From: Bacilli bacterium | GTDB taxonomy: Bacteria > Bacillota_I > Bacilli_A > RFN20 > CAG-449 | Length of the DNA: 64,000 nucleotides | Assembly (NCBI GenBank): GCA_900755065.1 | Contig: CAAEFC010000012.1 | Coordinates: forward strand, 198-64,197 | Direction of reading: 5' to 3' | Part shown: piece after piece, positions 36,650 to 50,929 of the stretch | Layout: each line of letters opens with the position of its first letter | How positions within the stretch are numbered: position 1 is the stretch's first letter | The notes under the pieces: generated by a model | Databases searched by the model: none | Seen by the model: only the letters and a program-made list of their open reading frames with translations | What the model was told of the DNA's origin: nothing | Made by a program: the position numbers and the translations under genes

Positions 36650-37444
36650 TCAACTTTCTTTGACCGCGCTTTTGATCTGAATGTCGTCCAACTCGGCGAG
36701 ATAATAAATTGACCAGTCATATGATTTCAGGAATTCGCCGCGGTAATCGCCTTCCCCCGTCAGCAGATAATTCCAGTAATCGCATTCGATCTGTCCCTTA
36801 TCTAGCGATAATTCGGCTCTTCTGGACGACAGACAGGGGATTCCGATCTCTTTCAGCGTTCTTTTCAGCCGCCAGACCGCGTCCCGATAGAGGATTTTGC
36901 TCTTTTCTAAATCCCGGTCCGGCCAGAGTTGCGAGATCGCGTCGTTCATCGTCAGCGTTTTTCCGTTGTATGCGAGCAAAAGCGCGAACAATTCTTTGGA
37001 TTTCGCCGAAGAAAACTCCACTTTCTTTTGCCCGACGTAACAATCGAACGTATCGAACATGCGGGCGATCAGGATCGGTTTATCCTCTTTTATCCGCGAA
37101 ATCAGCCTTCCGAAAGCGGTAGAATCATACGGCTTATAGAGAAATCCGACCGTATGATCCCGCACGAACTTGGGGAGAACGTCCTCTTTGATCGCCAACC
37201 CGGTTACAAAGACGATTTTGATCGTCGGGAGAATCTGAATCAACTTTTCGGCCAGTTCGATGCCGTTGATCCGGGGCATGCAGATATCGAGAAAGGCGGC
37301 GCGGACATCTTCTTTGGATACATAACTTACGATTCCGAAAAGATCGTCGCGATAAAACTTGTATTCGACGTCTGCGATTCCGATGATTTTTTCCAAAAAG
37401 AGGTACAACGCTTCGATCTCGTCGTCGATGATCACGATTTTCAT
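36650..37444 (-). CDS. Orphan response regulator: receiver domain plus winged-helix (OmpR/SARP-like) DNA-binding domain
   Basis: Receiver residues are present (DD at 7-8, FLDICMP Asp, VFVTG Thr, YKP Lys). The C-terminal part FSSAKSKELFALLLAYNGKTLTMNDAISQLWPD...AVWRLKRTLKE is a wHTH pattern. No histidine kinase lies in the window. Confidence 0.75.
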   Translation of the reverse strand: MKIVIIDDEIEALYLFLEKIIGIADVEYKFYRDDLFGIVSYVSKEDVRAAFLDICMPRINGIELAEKLIQILPTIKIVFVTGLAIKEDVLPKFVRDHTVGFLYKPYDSTAFGRLISRIKEDKPILIARMFDTFDCYVGQKKVEFSSAKSKELFALLLAYNGKTLTMNDAISQLWPDRDLEKSKILYRDAVWRLKRTLKEIGIPCLSSRRAELSLDKGQIECDYWNYLLTGEGDYRGEFLKSYDWSIYYLAELDDIQIKSAVKES

Positions 37445-37672
37445 GCCCTATCCTCTCCTTTCATCGCGTAACTCAAAAGCGTCGGGTCCCTTTTCGACGA
37501 TCCTTTTCAGTCCGATTGCACGTTCAGCAAAGGGATATACCCGTGAAAAGGCAGGCGGGAAAAGCGGGATAGGAGACGGCTTTTTCACTTTCATATCGGA
37601 AATCCTTCCGCCAATGCCATTCGGATTTATATCAAAATATCAAATCAAGCGCTTGAATTGCGCTGAAAACGC

Positions 37673-37707
37673 AAAAAAAGTCCATTCTTAACCAAGAAAG
37701 AATGAAC
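37673..37707 (-). terminator. Terminator of the peptidase-lipoprotein operon
   Basis: The minus strand reads GTTCATTCTT-tcttggt-TAAGAATGGAC (one mismatch) followed by T7. Confidence 0.6.
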
Positions 37708-37734
37708 TTTTAACAGAACAGAAGCAACCTTTCG

Positions 37735-38409
37735 CTAAATCGGTCTCAGATTTTCGTTCAGATACTGCTTGATGTAATCTCGCGTATTCACTTTTTCGAA
37801 GTCTACGTATATTCCGAAGCAAACGTACGCATAACCGAGCACATCTTCGCCGCTTTCAAAAGTGATCTTCACCTTTGAGGCCGATATGTCTTCTATCCGG
37901 AAATCCGGAACCGCTTGATCGCTTTTCATCGGAAAGAACACACAATTGAAACTCATCGAAGAATACAACCCGTCCAGAGTGAAATCCCGACCCGTTTCCA
38001 GATCTTCATCGTAAATGCGGAAGAATTCACACACTCTCGGATTCGAGAGGATTTTTTCGCTTCCGCTTTCCATAAAAAATGGATTGTCGACATCAAACAA
38101 TACAGAAAAGGAGTTCCACGCACCAATGCCGTCATTGATCTTCTGTGGAAAAATCGAATAGAAACGTTCCTCTTGCTTTAAACTGAATTCTCCATTCAAA
38201 TACGATTTCAGCGATTCGTACGTTTCAAAGGATTCCTCATAGGAATTGACAGGAGGTTTCGTTTTTTCCGTTTCATCATCGGCGACATATCCGGAATGAC
38301 TGCCGTTTCCCGACTCGCTATTTTTGGAATCGTCCGACGTATGACCGCAGCCAAAAAGGGAAAGAGAAGTTAAAAGCAAAACAAGCAACTGTGTCTTTTT
38401 CATCGTCAT
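37735..38409 (-). CDS. Hypothetical lipoprotein, translationally coupled to the upstream peptidase gene
   Basis: Signal plus lipobox LLLTSLSLFGCGH. Its ATG overlaps the upstream TGA (ATGA at 38406-38409). No recognisable family. Confidence 0.65.
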   Translation of the reverse strand: MTMKKTQLLVLLLTSLSLFGCGHTSDDSKNSESGNGSHSGYVADDETEKTKPPVNSYEESFETYESLKSYLNGEFSLKQEERFYSIFPQKINDGIGAWNSFSVLFDVDNPFFMESGSEKILSNPRVCEFFRIYDEDLETGRDFTLDGLYSSMSFNCVFFPMKSDQAVPDFRIEDISASKVKITFESGEDVLGYAYVCFGIYVDFEKVNTRDYIKQYLNENLRPI

Positions 38410-39782
38410 GCACCTACCTCGTCACAAGGATGGAATTGAATAGTTCCGTCCAAATATGCTTGTAAATCTTCATCTTTAATGATGTAAATTCCATTCGGCA
38501 ACATATAACTACCGTTTTCAGTCGTCCTATTATCATTGTTCGATAACGGACCTATGATGATCGTTGTCCCCAAATCTACTACCGCCCCACAATCAATGCA
38601 GTTTCCGTATGTGTGTCCATGAGAAGTGTATGTGCTTCCTTCTTTAATCGCATGCGGTCTTAAAACATACTTCCCACAATAGCAATACGCCTTATGTTTT
38701 TCAGACGAATGCGTAGTGTAATGATCTGTATACGAATGCAAGTTTCCATTTGTATATGTAGATATCCGGCAATCATGATAGCAATAGAAATTTGTGGTTG
38801 GAATGTTATCCGAAATGACTGTAACGGCATAATTATTCGAATGAGAATGTAAAATATTAAAATTTATTGCTAAAGCCGTTTTGTATATTGAGTAAGAATA
38901 ACTCTCTATGGTTGTGTGGGTTGAAGAGGCATTCCACCCCATATGGCAATACAATTTATCTGTACTTGAATCATAATCATACGCAACAACAACATGCCCT
39001 CTGCCAGTAGTATCCCCCACAGAAAGCAAGACAGGATTTCCGAGCAACACTTGTTCTATTGCAAAATCTCTTACGGTAGAACTTAAAGATGGATTTGATT
39101 CTGCGTTACATGAAACAATGCTATAATCTGTATCTAATGCATAACCTAAAACAGTAGAAAAATAGTCATTTATAACATTATATCTCATTCTATAACTCGT
39201 CGAACATGGACTATCATTATCACCATAGTCATAGTAGCCTCTTGCAGCGCCAATGGTGATAAGTTTCGCGTGTAGCGAAGTTGCCTGCAAAGACGCGATT
39301 GCCGAATAATAATCGATTGCACTTAATGAATCCCCATAACCGGCATCAGCAGGATCTGAAGGATTTGAAATAATATCTTTTAGCACTCCCGGAGAATTTC
39401 TACGTAAAATCATATCGGTAGTTTCACCAACAGAATTTATATCATATTGTTCAGGAACAATCGCATCTGACAAAAACGTATCGTAATAGGATAATATCAT
39501 TGCGATTGCAACATAGCCACATGAACCTTTATAATTCATTCCAAAGTTGTATGTAAGGTTATCAAAATACGAAGTTGTAAAATTTGAATAAGAACTGATG
39601 CCGCTCGAATAAGGTGCATCAGAAAGTACATATTCCATTCTTGATTCTATATCAATAACATCTGTTCCTTCAAAAGCGCAATCTTTTTCGATTATTTTTT
39701 CATGATTATAACCAGATTTACAAGTAGGTAATACGAATGTAGTGAAAGAAACAGTCAACAATAACGTAATTATTCTAAGCAT
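38406..39782 (-). CDS. Secreted papain-fold cysteine peptidase-like protein (Peptidase_C39_2-like core) with a C-terminal Cys/His-rich domain
   Basis: Putative nucleophile in GSCGYVAIAMILSYYD and putative catalytic His in GRGHVVVAYDYD, about 175 aa later. Signal peptide MLRIITLLLTVSFTTFVLPTC. Start at ATG 39782 (GGGGAG RBS 5 nt upstream) is preferred to the track start at 39830. AT-rich. Confidence 0.65.
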   Translation of the reverse strand: MLRIITLLLTVSFTTFVLPTCKSGYNHEKIIEKDCAFEGTDVIDIESRMEYVLSDAPYSSGISSYSNFTTSYFDNLTYNFGMNYKGSCGYVAIAMILSYYDTFLSDAIVPEQYDINSVGETTDMILRRNSPGVLKDIISNPSDPADAGYGDSLSAIDYYSAIASLQATSLHAKLITIGAARGYYDYGDNDSPCSTSYRMRYNVINDYFSTVLGYALDTDYSIVSCNAESNPSLSSTVRDFAIEQVLLGNPVLLSVGDTTGRGHVVVAYDYDSSTDKLYCHMGWNASSTHTTIESYSYSIYKTALAINFNILHSHSNNYAVTVISDNIPTTNFYCYHDCRISTYTNGNLHSYTDHYTTHSSEKHKAYCYCGKYVLRPHAIKEGSTYTSHGHTYGNCIDCGAVVDLGTTIIIGPLSNNDNRTTENGSYMLPNGIYIIKDEDLQAYLDGTIQFHPCDEVGA

Positions 39783-40028
39783 AAGTTCTCCCCTCTCAAA
39801 ACTTTTCAAAATTGCACTAAATCGTTTCATAATAGCCTTATTAAAGATTTAATGCCCTCTACTGATATTATATCGTAATTCTTTTTAAATAGGAATAGAA
39901 AAAAATTTTTTATGAATGCGTAAATTTATATTCTAATAAGAAAAGGAGAATTTGAAATTAACTCACTTATTTCAATAAAATAAAAACAACTCTCATCGTA
40001 AATTGGTAATGATATAGCAAATTCTCCG

Positions 40029-40072
40029 AAAAAAACGTATCCCATAGAGGAATTAGCCTCTATTCCCATACG
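40029..40072 (-). terminator. Terminator after tdk
   Basis: CGTAT..ATAGAGG-aattagc-CCTCTAT..ATACG interrupted stem, followed on the minus strand by T7. It starts 4 nt after the tdk stop. Confidence 0.6.
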
Positions 40073-40075
40073 CGT

Positions 40076-40663
40076 TTATTCTTTCTCTTTATGAGGAACC
40101 TGATGGCAGTGCCGGCAACGCGGTTCATACGTTTCGCTGGCGCCGATGATGAGGATCGGGTCTTCGTAAAACGCAGGTTTTCCGTTGACGATGCGCTGTG
40201 TCCGGGTCGCATTGGCTCCGCAGCAGGTGCAGATCGCCGTCAGTTTGGAAACGTATTCCGCCTTGCAGAGCAACTGAGGCATGATCGAAAACGGTTCTCC
40301 GCGAAAATCGTTGTCGAGACCGGCGCAGATCACTCTCTTTCCCATTTCCGCGAGTCGGTCAATCACCTGCACGATGCCTTCATCCATGAACTGCACTTCG
40401 TCGAAAGCCACCGCGTAAACGTCGTCGGTGATGTAACGCATCACTTCGCCGCTATGGGAAAGGTTGTAGCATTTCGTCTTGCGTTTATTGTGGGAAACCA
40501 CTTCGTCGGCGGAATAGCGGTCGTCGATCGTCGGTTTGAAAACCACGACCTTCTTTTTCGCGTATTCGAGCCGCTTGATTCTCCGGATCAGTTCCTCGCT
40601 TTTTCCGGCGAACATCGGACCGCAGATGACTTCGATCCACCCTAATCTTGCATTGAATTCCAT
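40076..40663 (-). CDS. tdk: Thymidine kinase
   Basis: GPMFAGKSEELIRR P-loop, FDEVQF, and a C-terminal zinc ribbon CxxC...CRxC. Confidence 0.92.
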   Translation of the reverse strand: MEFNARLGWIEVICGPMFAGKSEELIRRIKRLEYAKKKVVVFKPTIDDRYSADEVVSHNKRKTKCYNLSHSGEVMRYITDDVYAVAFDEVQFMDEGIVQVIDRLAEMGKRVICAGLDNDFRGEPFSIMPQLLCKAEYVSKLTAICTCCGANATRTQRIVNGKPAFYEDPILIIGASETYEPRCRHCHQVPHKEKE

Positions 40664-40821
40664 ATCGACAAACCCTCACAACAGGTATAATCTTACTGAA
40701 CGTCGCTTTGACTTTCAAGAAGAAAGCCTGCCGGATTCGCGATGAGGCGAAATCCGAAACAAAACGAAGAATTCGTCGCACGAAAAAAGATTGCGGGGAT
40801 TTTCCGCAATCTTTCGTTCGC

Positions 40822-44691
<3,870 letters not shown>

Positions 44692-44708
44692 AGTACGATT
44701 TCGCCTCC

Positions 44709-47700
44709 TTACTCTTCGCTATTCTCGTTGAGATCCACTTCGATGCGATTGGTGATATCTCTGACTTCGTTGGAGATCTTACGCGTTTCTTTTTCGTTTT
44801 CTTTGGCAATGTTGGAACTGTCGATTTCGTTCATATCGCTGTCCAGCAGTTTGACGTCGATGGCCAGAGCCTGCAACTCTTTCTGCAAGACGCGGAAGGC
44901 TTCCGGCATTCCGGATTTCGGAATCGGCTGTTGCTTGATGATGGCTTCGTACGTTTTGGCGCGTCCGACCATATCGTCCGATTTGATCGTGATGATTTCC
45001 TGCAAAATATGCGCCGCGCCGTAGGCTTCGAGCGCCCAGACTTCCATTTCGCCGAACCGCTGACCGCCGTTCTGCGCTTTGCCGCCCAGAGGCTGCTGAG
45101 TAACCAACGAGTACGGACCGGTGGAACGCGCGTGAAGTTTGTCGTCGACCATGTGTACCAGTTTGATCATGTACATCACGCCGACGGAAATTCTTTCGTC
45201 GAAACGTTCGCCCGTGCGGCCGTCGTAAAGCACGGTTTTCCCGTCTTTATCCATGCCGGCCTTATCCATCAGGTCGAAGATTTCGTCGTTGCTGATTCCG
45301 TCGAAAACCGGCGTGGCGATTTTCAGACCGAGTTTTTTGCAAGCCATGCCCAGATGCAGTTCCAGAATCTGACCGATATTCATACGGGAAGGAACGCCTA
45401 ACGGATTGAGCATGATGTCAACCGGCGTGCCGTCAGGCAGATACGGCATGTCTTCTTCCGGCAGAATGCGGGAAATGACGCCCTTGTTGCCGTGCCGTCC
45501 GGACATCTTGTCCCCTTCGGAGATCTTTCTCTTCTGAGCGATGAAGACCTTGACGACTTCGTTGACGCCGGCCGCCAGTTCGGCGCCCTCTTCGCGTTTG
45601 AAACGCTTGACGTCGAGGACGATGCCCGCGCCGCCGTGAGGAACTCTCAGGGACGTATCTTTTCCGTCCTTGGTTTTTTCCGCGAAAATCGCCATCAGCA
45701 ATTTTTCTTCCGGCGTCGGTTCGGTCAGTCCTTTCGGCGTGATCTTGCCGACCAGAATGTCGTCTTCCTTCACTTCCGCGCCCGGAATGATGATGCCGTC
45801 TTCGTCGAGGTTGGCTTTCGCTTCCTCGCTGACGTTCGGAATATCCCGGGTGATTTCTTCGTTGCCGAGTTTGGTCGTACGGCATTCCAAAGAATACTCT
45901 TCGATGTGAATCGAAGTGTACACGTCGTCTTTGACGAGGCGTTCCGACATGATGACGGCGTCTTCGTAGTTGTACCCGTGCCACGTCATGAACGCGACGG
46001 TGACGTTCTGTCCCAGAGCCAGATCGCCGTTTTCCATCGCCGGTCCGTCGGCCAGAATCTGTCCGACTTCGACCTTATCGCCGATTTTGACGATCGGCAC
46101 CTGGTTGATGCAGGTTCCCGCGTTGGAACGGGCGAATTTCTGCAAGACGTATTTTTCTTTGACTTTCTTTTCGCTGTTTTCGACGACGATCTGCCGCGAA
46201 TCGACATAAGTGACGGTGCCGTTTGTTTTCGACACGATCGCCGAGCCCGAGTCTTTCGCGATGTTGTGTTCCAGTCCGGTTCCCACATACGGAGAATGCG
46301 GTTTCAGCAAAGGAAGCGCCTGACGTTGCATGTTCGCGCCCATCAAGGCACGGTGCGTATCGTCGTTTTCCAGAAACGGAATACACGCCGAAGCGATGGA
46401 AACGATCTGTTTCGGAGAGACGTCGACATAGTCGATTTCTTCTTTCTGCGCTAAAACGTTGTCGCCGTTGTGACGCGAAATGACGTGAGAATCGAGGATT
46501 TCGTTATCCGGTCCGAGACGGATATCGCTGGATGCGATGTAGTGGTTGATTTCCCCGTCTGCGGAGAGATATTCGGTCTCTTCGGTAACATAAGGAACGA
46601 TTTTTCCGTCCACCACTTTCCGGACCACTTTCCGATACGGCGTTTCGATGAAGCCGTATTTATTAACTTTGGCATAACTCGCCAGATTGTTGATCAGACC
46701 GATGTTCTGACCTTCCGGAGTTTCGATCGGGCAGATTCTTCCGTAGTGGGAATGATGCACGTCGCGGACTTCAAACGAAGCGCGATCGCGGGTCAGTCCG
46801 CCCGGACCGAGAGCCGAGAGTCTCCGCTTATTGGCCAATTCCGCGAGAGGGTTGACCTGATCCATGAACTGGGACAGTTGGCTGGACGCGAAGAATTCCT
46901 TGATCGAAGCGACTAACGGCCGGATATTCGTCAGGTTCTGCGGCGTAACCACGCCTTCGGTGGCCAGAGACATCTTCTCTTTGACGGTTCTCTCCATGCG
47001 GGAAAGACCGATGCGGAACTGATTCTGAATCAGTTCGCCGACGCAACGGACGCGCCGGTTGCCCAGATGATCGATGTCGTCGACGTTGCCGATGCCTTCG
47101 ATGATGTTCATATAGTAGGAGAAACACGCGTACATATCCGCGATTGTCACGTAATTGACATCGATGTTCAGATCGGTGCCGATGATGTTGACGATCCGTT
47201 CCATCTTCTCGTCCGCGTAGACCTTGACGATATTGACGGTATCGTGGTTGTCGAGGGCTTCGTTGATCGGAAGGTGATAGACGTGCGCGCCGCTTTCAAA
47301 GAATTTCATCTCTTTCAGGCGGTCGACCTTATCCTTGCTCATCTGCTCTTTGGCGTCGTAGATGACTTCGCCGTCGACCGAAACCAACGGTTCCGCGAGA
47401 TAGCAATTCAGAAGGCGGTTGTAGATACCCAATTTCTTGCCGTATTTGAAACGTCCCGCCATGCCCAGATCGTAATGCTTGTGATCGAAGAATTTGGAAC
47501 GAAAGAAACTCGCGGCGCTGTCGTTCGGCGCCGGTTCTCCCGGTCTCAGTTTGGAGTAGATTTCCAATAAAGCGCCGGAAGTCGTCAGCACTTCGTTTTC
47601 GCTTTTCGACTCCTTCTCTTTGTTGATCGTATTGACGAACTGAGAAGCGTCTCCGAAAAGTTCCGTCATCTTGTCGTAATCCAGAATGCCCAGAGCGCGA

Positions 47701-48293
47701 AGCAGAATCGTCACCGGCATCTTTCTGTTCCGGTCGATTCGGACCGAAATGATGTCTTTGGCGTCCGATTCAAATTGCAGCCAGGTACCTCTCGCCGGAA
47801 TCAGATCTCCGCCGTAAATGTAACGCCCGGTTTTGTCCATGACTTTGGACATATAGGCGCCCGGAGAACGGACCAGTTGCGAAACGATCGCCCGTTCCGC
47901 GCCGTTGATGATGAACGTTCCCGATTCCGTCATCAAAGGGAAATCGCCCATAAAGACTTCGCTCTCTTTGATTTCGCCGGTTCCCTTGTTGATGAGCCGG
48001 AGCATCACTTTCAATGGCGCGCTGTACGTGAGATCCCGCGTTTTGCATTCGAGATAATCGTATTTCGGTTCGTCGAGACGGCAACCGACATATTCGATGA
48101 TCAGTTTGTCGTTGCGGTCCGCGATCGGATAGACGTCCTTGAAGACTTCGTCGATGCCTTCGTCCAGCAGCCACTGGAACGATTTGGTTTGAATTTCCAC
48201 CAAATAAGGAAGGGGCAACGTTCCGCTGATCTTTGAAAAATCAATGCGTCCGTTGTGAAGGTACTTGTAATTTTGCTGTAAATTTTTACTCAT
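44709..48293 (-). CDS. rpoB: DNA-directed RNA polymerase subunit beta
   Basis: Conserved RpoB blocks ([36 protein letters not shown]). Start at MSKNLQ (ATG 48293) has a GAAGGGAGA RBS. Confidence 0.97.
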   Translation of the reverse strand: MSKNLQQNYKYLHNGRIDFSKISGTLPLPYLVEIQTKSFQWLLDEGIDEVFKDVYPIADRNDKLIIEYVGCRLDEPKYDYLECKTRDLTYSAPLKVMLRLINKGTGEIKESEVFMGDFPLMTESGTFIINGAERAIVSQLVRSPGAYMSKVMDKTGRYIYGGDLIPARGTWLQFESDAKDIISVRIDRNRKMPVTILLRALGILDYDKMTELFGDASQFVNTINKEKESKSENEVLTTSGALLEIYSKLRPGEPAPNDSAASFFRSKFFDHKHYDLGMAGRFKYGKKLGIYNRLLNCYLAEPLVSVDGEVIYDAKEQMSKDKVDRLKEMKFFESGAHVYHLPINEALDNHDTVNIVKVYADEKMERIVNIIGTDLNIDVNYVTIADMYACFSYYMNIIEGIGNVDDIDHLGNRRVRCVGELIQNQFRIGLSRMERTVKEKMSLATEGVVTPQNLTNIRPLVASIKEFFASSQLSQFMDQVNPLAELANKRRLSALGPGGLTRDRASFEVRDVHHSHYGRICPIETPEGQNIGLINNLASYAKVNKYGFIETPYRKVVRKVVDGKIVPYVTEETEYLSADGEINHYIASSDIRLGPDNEILDSHVISRHNGDNVLAQKEEIDYVDVSPKQIVSIASACIPFLENDDTHRALMGANMQRQALPLLKPHSPYVGTGLEHNIAKDSGSAIVSKTNGTVTYVDSRQIVVENSEKKVKEKYVLQKFARSNAGTCINQVPIVKIGDKVEVGQILADGPAMENGDLALGQNVTVAFMTWHGYNYEDAVIMSERLVKDDVYTSIHIEEYSLECRTTKLGNEEITRDIPNVSEEAKANLDEDGIIIPGAEVKEDDILVGKITPKGLTEPTPEEKLLMAIFAEKTKDGKDTSLRVPHGGAGIVLDVKRFKREEGAELAAGVNEVVKVFIAQKRKISEGDKMSGRHGNKGVISRILPEEDMPYLPDGTPVDIMLNPLGVPSRMNIGQILELHLGMACKKLGLKIATPVFDGISNDEIFDLMDKAGMDKDGKTVLYDGRTGERFDERISVGVMYMIKLVHMVDDKLHARSTGPYSLVTQQPLGGKAQNGGQRFGEMEVWALEAYGAAHILQEIITIKSDDMVGRAKTYEAIIKQQPIPKSGMPEAFRVLQKELQALAIDVKLLDSDMNEIDSSNIAKENEKETRKISNEVRDITNRIEVDLNENSEE

Positions 48294-48488
48294 GTATTTC
48301 TCCCTTCTTCGAGTTTTCACCGATCGGTCGAATCAAAGGCGTTTCCGATTCATAATCTATCTTTTTTAGGTGAGTCCACATAACTGAGCCATTCCACCGA
48401 TCTCAATGAGTTTTTTTATCCTTTCGTCGTAAAGACGGCTTGCCGCGATGACGAGGATATGCAAGCGTCCGTCCACTAAAAATGGACA

Positions 48489-48517
48489 AAAACCCGCCTC
48501 AGTAAAGAGGCAGGTTT
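48489..48517 (-). terminator. rplL-rpoB intergenic attenuator/partial terminator
   Basis: The minus strand reads AAACCTGCCTC-tttact-GAGGCGGGTTT followed by TTGTCC, about 25 nt after the rplL stop. Confidence 0.5.
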
Positions 48518-48540
48518 AATTCTCTCGAAGTGAAGCGAAA

Positions 48541-48912
48541 CTATTTGATTTCCACTTCCGCACCGGCGGCGACAAGAGCCTTCTTGTGTTCTTCCGCTTC
48601 GACCGGGGAGATGTGTTCCTTGATCGGGGACGGGCAGGCATCGACCAGTTTCTTCGCGTCGATGAGTCCGAGTCCGGTGATCGCCTGAACGGCTTTGATG
48701 ACCGGAACCTTGCTCGCGCCGAAGGATTTCAGGATCAGGCTGACTTCGGTCGGTCCTTTCGCTTCTTCCTGTTCGACAGGCGCGGCAGCGGCGACCGGCG
48801 CAGCGGCCGTTACGCCGAATTCTTCTTCGACTGCTTTGACCAGATCGTTCAATTCCAAAACGGTCATTTCTTTGATAGCAGCGATGATTTCTTCATTCGT
48901 TAATTTTGCCAT
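48541..48912 (-). CDS. rplL: 50S ribosomal protein L7/L12
   Basis: ORF track, 123 aa. The Ala/Pro hinge and C-terminal KVPVIKAV...GLGL..AK.LV are typical. Confidence 0.95.
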   Translation of the reverse strand: MAKLTNEEIIAAIKEMTVLELNDLVKAVEEEFGVTAAAPVAAAAPVEQEEAKGPTEVSLILKSFGASKVPVIKAVQAITGLGLIDAKKLVDACPSPIKEHISPVEAEEHKKALVAAGAEVEIK

Positions 48913-48942
48913 TTTAAAATTCCTCCTTAAAGATGTAATGGA

Positions 48943-49428
48943 CTATTGTTTGTCGGCAACAGCCTTGACTGCACATGCAAATCCTCTGACTGGTGCTTGG
49001 AGAACGGAAAGCAGCATCGAGATCATGCCGTCTCTGTTCGGGAGTTTGGATAGGGCGATAACCTCATCCTTACCGATTACTTTGCCTTCGACCAAAGCCC
49101 CTTTGATCACAAAGTTTTCGTGGCTTTTGGCGAATTTCGCGGATACTTTCGCCGCGCTGACCGGATCCGAGCAGTAGATCATCGCATTCGGGCCTTCGAG
49201 GAATGGATTCATCTCGTCATGACCCAGATTATCGACTGCGCGTTCGACCATCGAGTTCTTGTACACGCTCATCTTGGCATCTGATTTCAAAAGTTCCCGT
49301 TTCAAAGAAGCGATTTCCGAGACTTTCAGACCGCGGTATTCGGCAATGACGACCGACTTGGAATCGCGGATGATCCCGGTGATTTCTTCGACGAGCGCTT
49401 TTTTACTTTCCAGTACGCTTTGATTCAT
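48943..49428 (-). CDS. rplJ: 50S ribosomal protein L10
   Basis: ORF track, 161 aa. Pattern and position upstream of rplL. Confidence 0.93.
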   Translation of the reverse strand: MNQSVLESKKALVEEITGIIRDSKSVVIAEYRGLKVSEIASLKRELLKSDAKMSVYKNSMVERAVDNLGHDEMNPFLEGPNAMIYCSDPVSAAKVSAKFAKSHENFVIKGALVEGKVIGKDEVIALSKLPNRDGMISMLLSVLQAPVRGFACAVKAVADKQ

Positions 49429-49431
49429 TTT

Positions 49432-49560
49432 GGCACCTCCTTTTTCTCTCTTTGAAAATATATGGGCAACAATATACGGAGTCTTCTATCATCTTTGTGA
49501 TATTACCTCGGCAACCTGATTAAGCCCCTTGGCCGTTGCTGTCTTCGGTATATTGGAACC
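49432..49560 (-). promoter_or_regulatory. Probable ribosomal protein L10 leader (autoregulatory RNA)
   Basis: A 130-nt untranslated gap before rplJ. The minus strand contains ACCGAAGACAGCAACGGCC...GGTTGCCGAGGT, reminiscent of the Firmicute L10-leader/23S L10-binding mimic. From memory, not modelled. Confidence 0.45.
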
Positions 49561-49569
49561 TCCTTTTTT

Positions 49570-50253
49570 TCAGCGGTTGTTGACGTCGAATCGAACCGCC
49601 GGACCCATCGTCGTATGGATCACTGAATTTTTGACGTACTGTCCCTTGACCGAAGATGGCCGCACTTTCAGAAGCGTGTCGACCACGACGTTGAGATTGT
49701 CCGCCAGTTTGTCGGCATCGAACGAAACCCGCCCGATCGACAGGTGAATGTTCCCCTGCTTGTCGGTCCGGTATTCGATTTTACCGGCTTTGATTTCGGA
49801 AATGGCCTTTCCGATGTCCATCGAGACCGTGCCGGTTTTCGGGTTCGGCATCAGGCCTTTCGGACCTAAGAGACGGCCCATTTTTCCCAATTCGCCCATC
49901 ATATCCGGAGTAGCGACGATGACGTCGAAATCGAACCAGTTCTCTTTCTGAATTTTTTCCAGCATATCTTTGTCGCCGACGTAATCGGCGCCCGCGGCTT
50001 TGGCTTCTTCCTGCTTGTGCGTGATCGCCAGAACCTTCTTCGTTTTTCCGTTTCCGTGCGGCAGAACGATCGTGCCTCTCAGTTGCTGATCGGCGTATTT
50101 CGGATCGACGTTCAGACGGAACGAAACGTCGATCGTCGCGTCGAATTTAACCGTCGACGTCTCTTTGACCAACGCGCAGGCTTCGCTGATCGAATAGACT
50201 TTCGTCGCATCCACTTTTTCCGCAGCCTGCAAATATTTCTTACCTTTCTTCAT
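49570..50253 (-). CDS. rplA: 50S ribosomal protein L1
   Basis: ORF track, 227 aa. Typical L1 sequence ([39 protein letters not shown]). Confidence 0.95.
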   Translation of the reverse strand: MKKGKKYLQAAEKVDATKVYSISEACALVKETSTVKFDATIDVSFRLNVDPKYADQQLRGTIVLPHGNGKTKKVLAITHKQEEAKAAGADYVGDKDMLEKIQKENWFDFDVIVATPDMMGELGKMGRLLGPKGLMPNPKTGTVSMDIGKAISEIKAGKIEYRTDKQGNIHLSIGRVSFDADKLADNLNVVVDTLLKVRPSSVKGQYVKNSVIHTTMGPAVRFDVNNR

Positions 50254-50291
50254 AATTTCCTCCTTGTGGTATTAACGGTAAACACCTTCCA

Positions 50292-50705
50292 CTATTCTTC
50301 GACGGCGATTCCCATGTTCCGCGCCGTTCCGGCAACGATTTTCATCGCCGCTTCGACGTCGTAGCAGTTCAGATCCGGCAACTTGTACTCGGCGATCTTT
50401 TTCAACTGCTCTTTGGTGATGGAACCCACCTTGGTCGTTTTGGCGTTGTTCGAGCCTTTCTTGACGCCCGCTTCTTTCAAAAGCAATTCGGCTACCGGGG
50501 TCGTTTTGATGACGAAATCGAACGATTTGTCCTCATAAGCCGTAATGATGACCGGCACGGTTTCCCCCTGACGGTCCGCCGTCTTTGCGTTGAAATCGGT
50601 GCAGAACTTCGGCATCATGATACCCGCCGAAGCCAGTTTCGGTCCCGGTTTCGCCTGTCCTCCCGGAATTTCGAGTTTGACGACTTTTGCGATTTTCTTA
50701 CTCAC
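50292..50705 (-). CDS. rplK: 50S ribosomal protein L11
   Basis: (V)SKKIAKVVKLEIPGGQAKPGP... is typical of L11. GTG start at 50705 has AGGAGG 8 nt upstream. The ORF-track start at 50714 is a GTG inside the RBS. Confidence 0.93.
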   Translation of the reverse strand: MSKKIAKVVKLEIPGGQAKPGPKLASAGIMMPKFCTDFNAKTADRQGETVPVIITAYEDKSFDFVIKTTPVAELLLKEAGVKKGSNNAKTTKVGSITKEQLKKIAEYKLPDLNCYDVEAAMKIVAGTARNMGIAVEE

Positions 50706-50799
50706 GTGACACACCTCCTATGTTTTCTGTCCGTGCTGTGGTTCTTATCGGATCGTTTACTTTGAAAAAGTAACTTTCCTTCCACTGCGCAATTTTGAC

Positions 50800-50828
50800 T
50801 GGTTATTTTTTACTCCGGAAAATAACCA
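50800..50828. repeat. Perfect 10-bp inverted repeat (TGGTTATTTT-n9-AAAATAACCA) in the rplK/yihY divergent intergenic region
   Basis: Read directly. No adjacent T-run on either strand. Confidence 0.85.
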
Positions 50829-50929
50829 TGCTTGGATAGTGTATACGAAACGGGGACGCATTTCAATAAAAATCGCCAAAAAAATCAAGTTTAGATTATA
50901 TCTAAGGGTTTCGGGCAAACTAAGTCCGT

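Noticed and set aside
37448-37594. Possible 48-aa minus-strand small ORF (MKVKKPSPIPLFPPAFSRVYPFAERAIGLKRIVEKGPDAFELRDERRG) with a GGAAGGA RBS, ending at the response-regulator RBS
   Set aside because: It has plausible start signals but no recognisable family, and its Pro-rich composition is odd. Random ORFs of this size are frequent at this GC content. I cannot support it without conservation or expression data.
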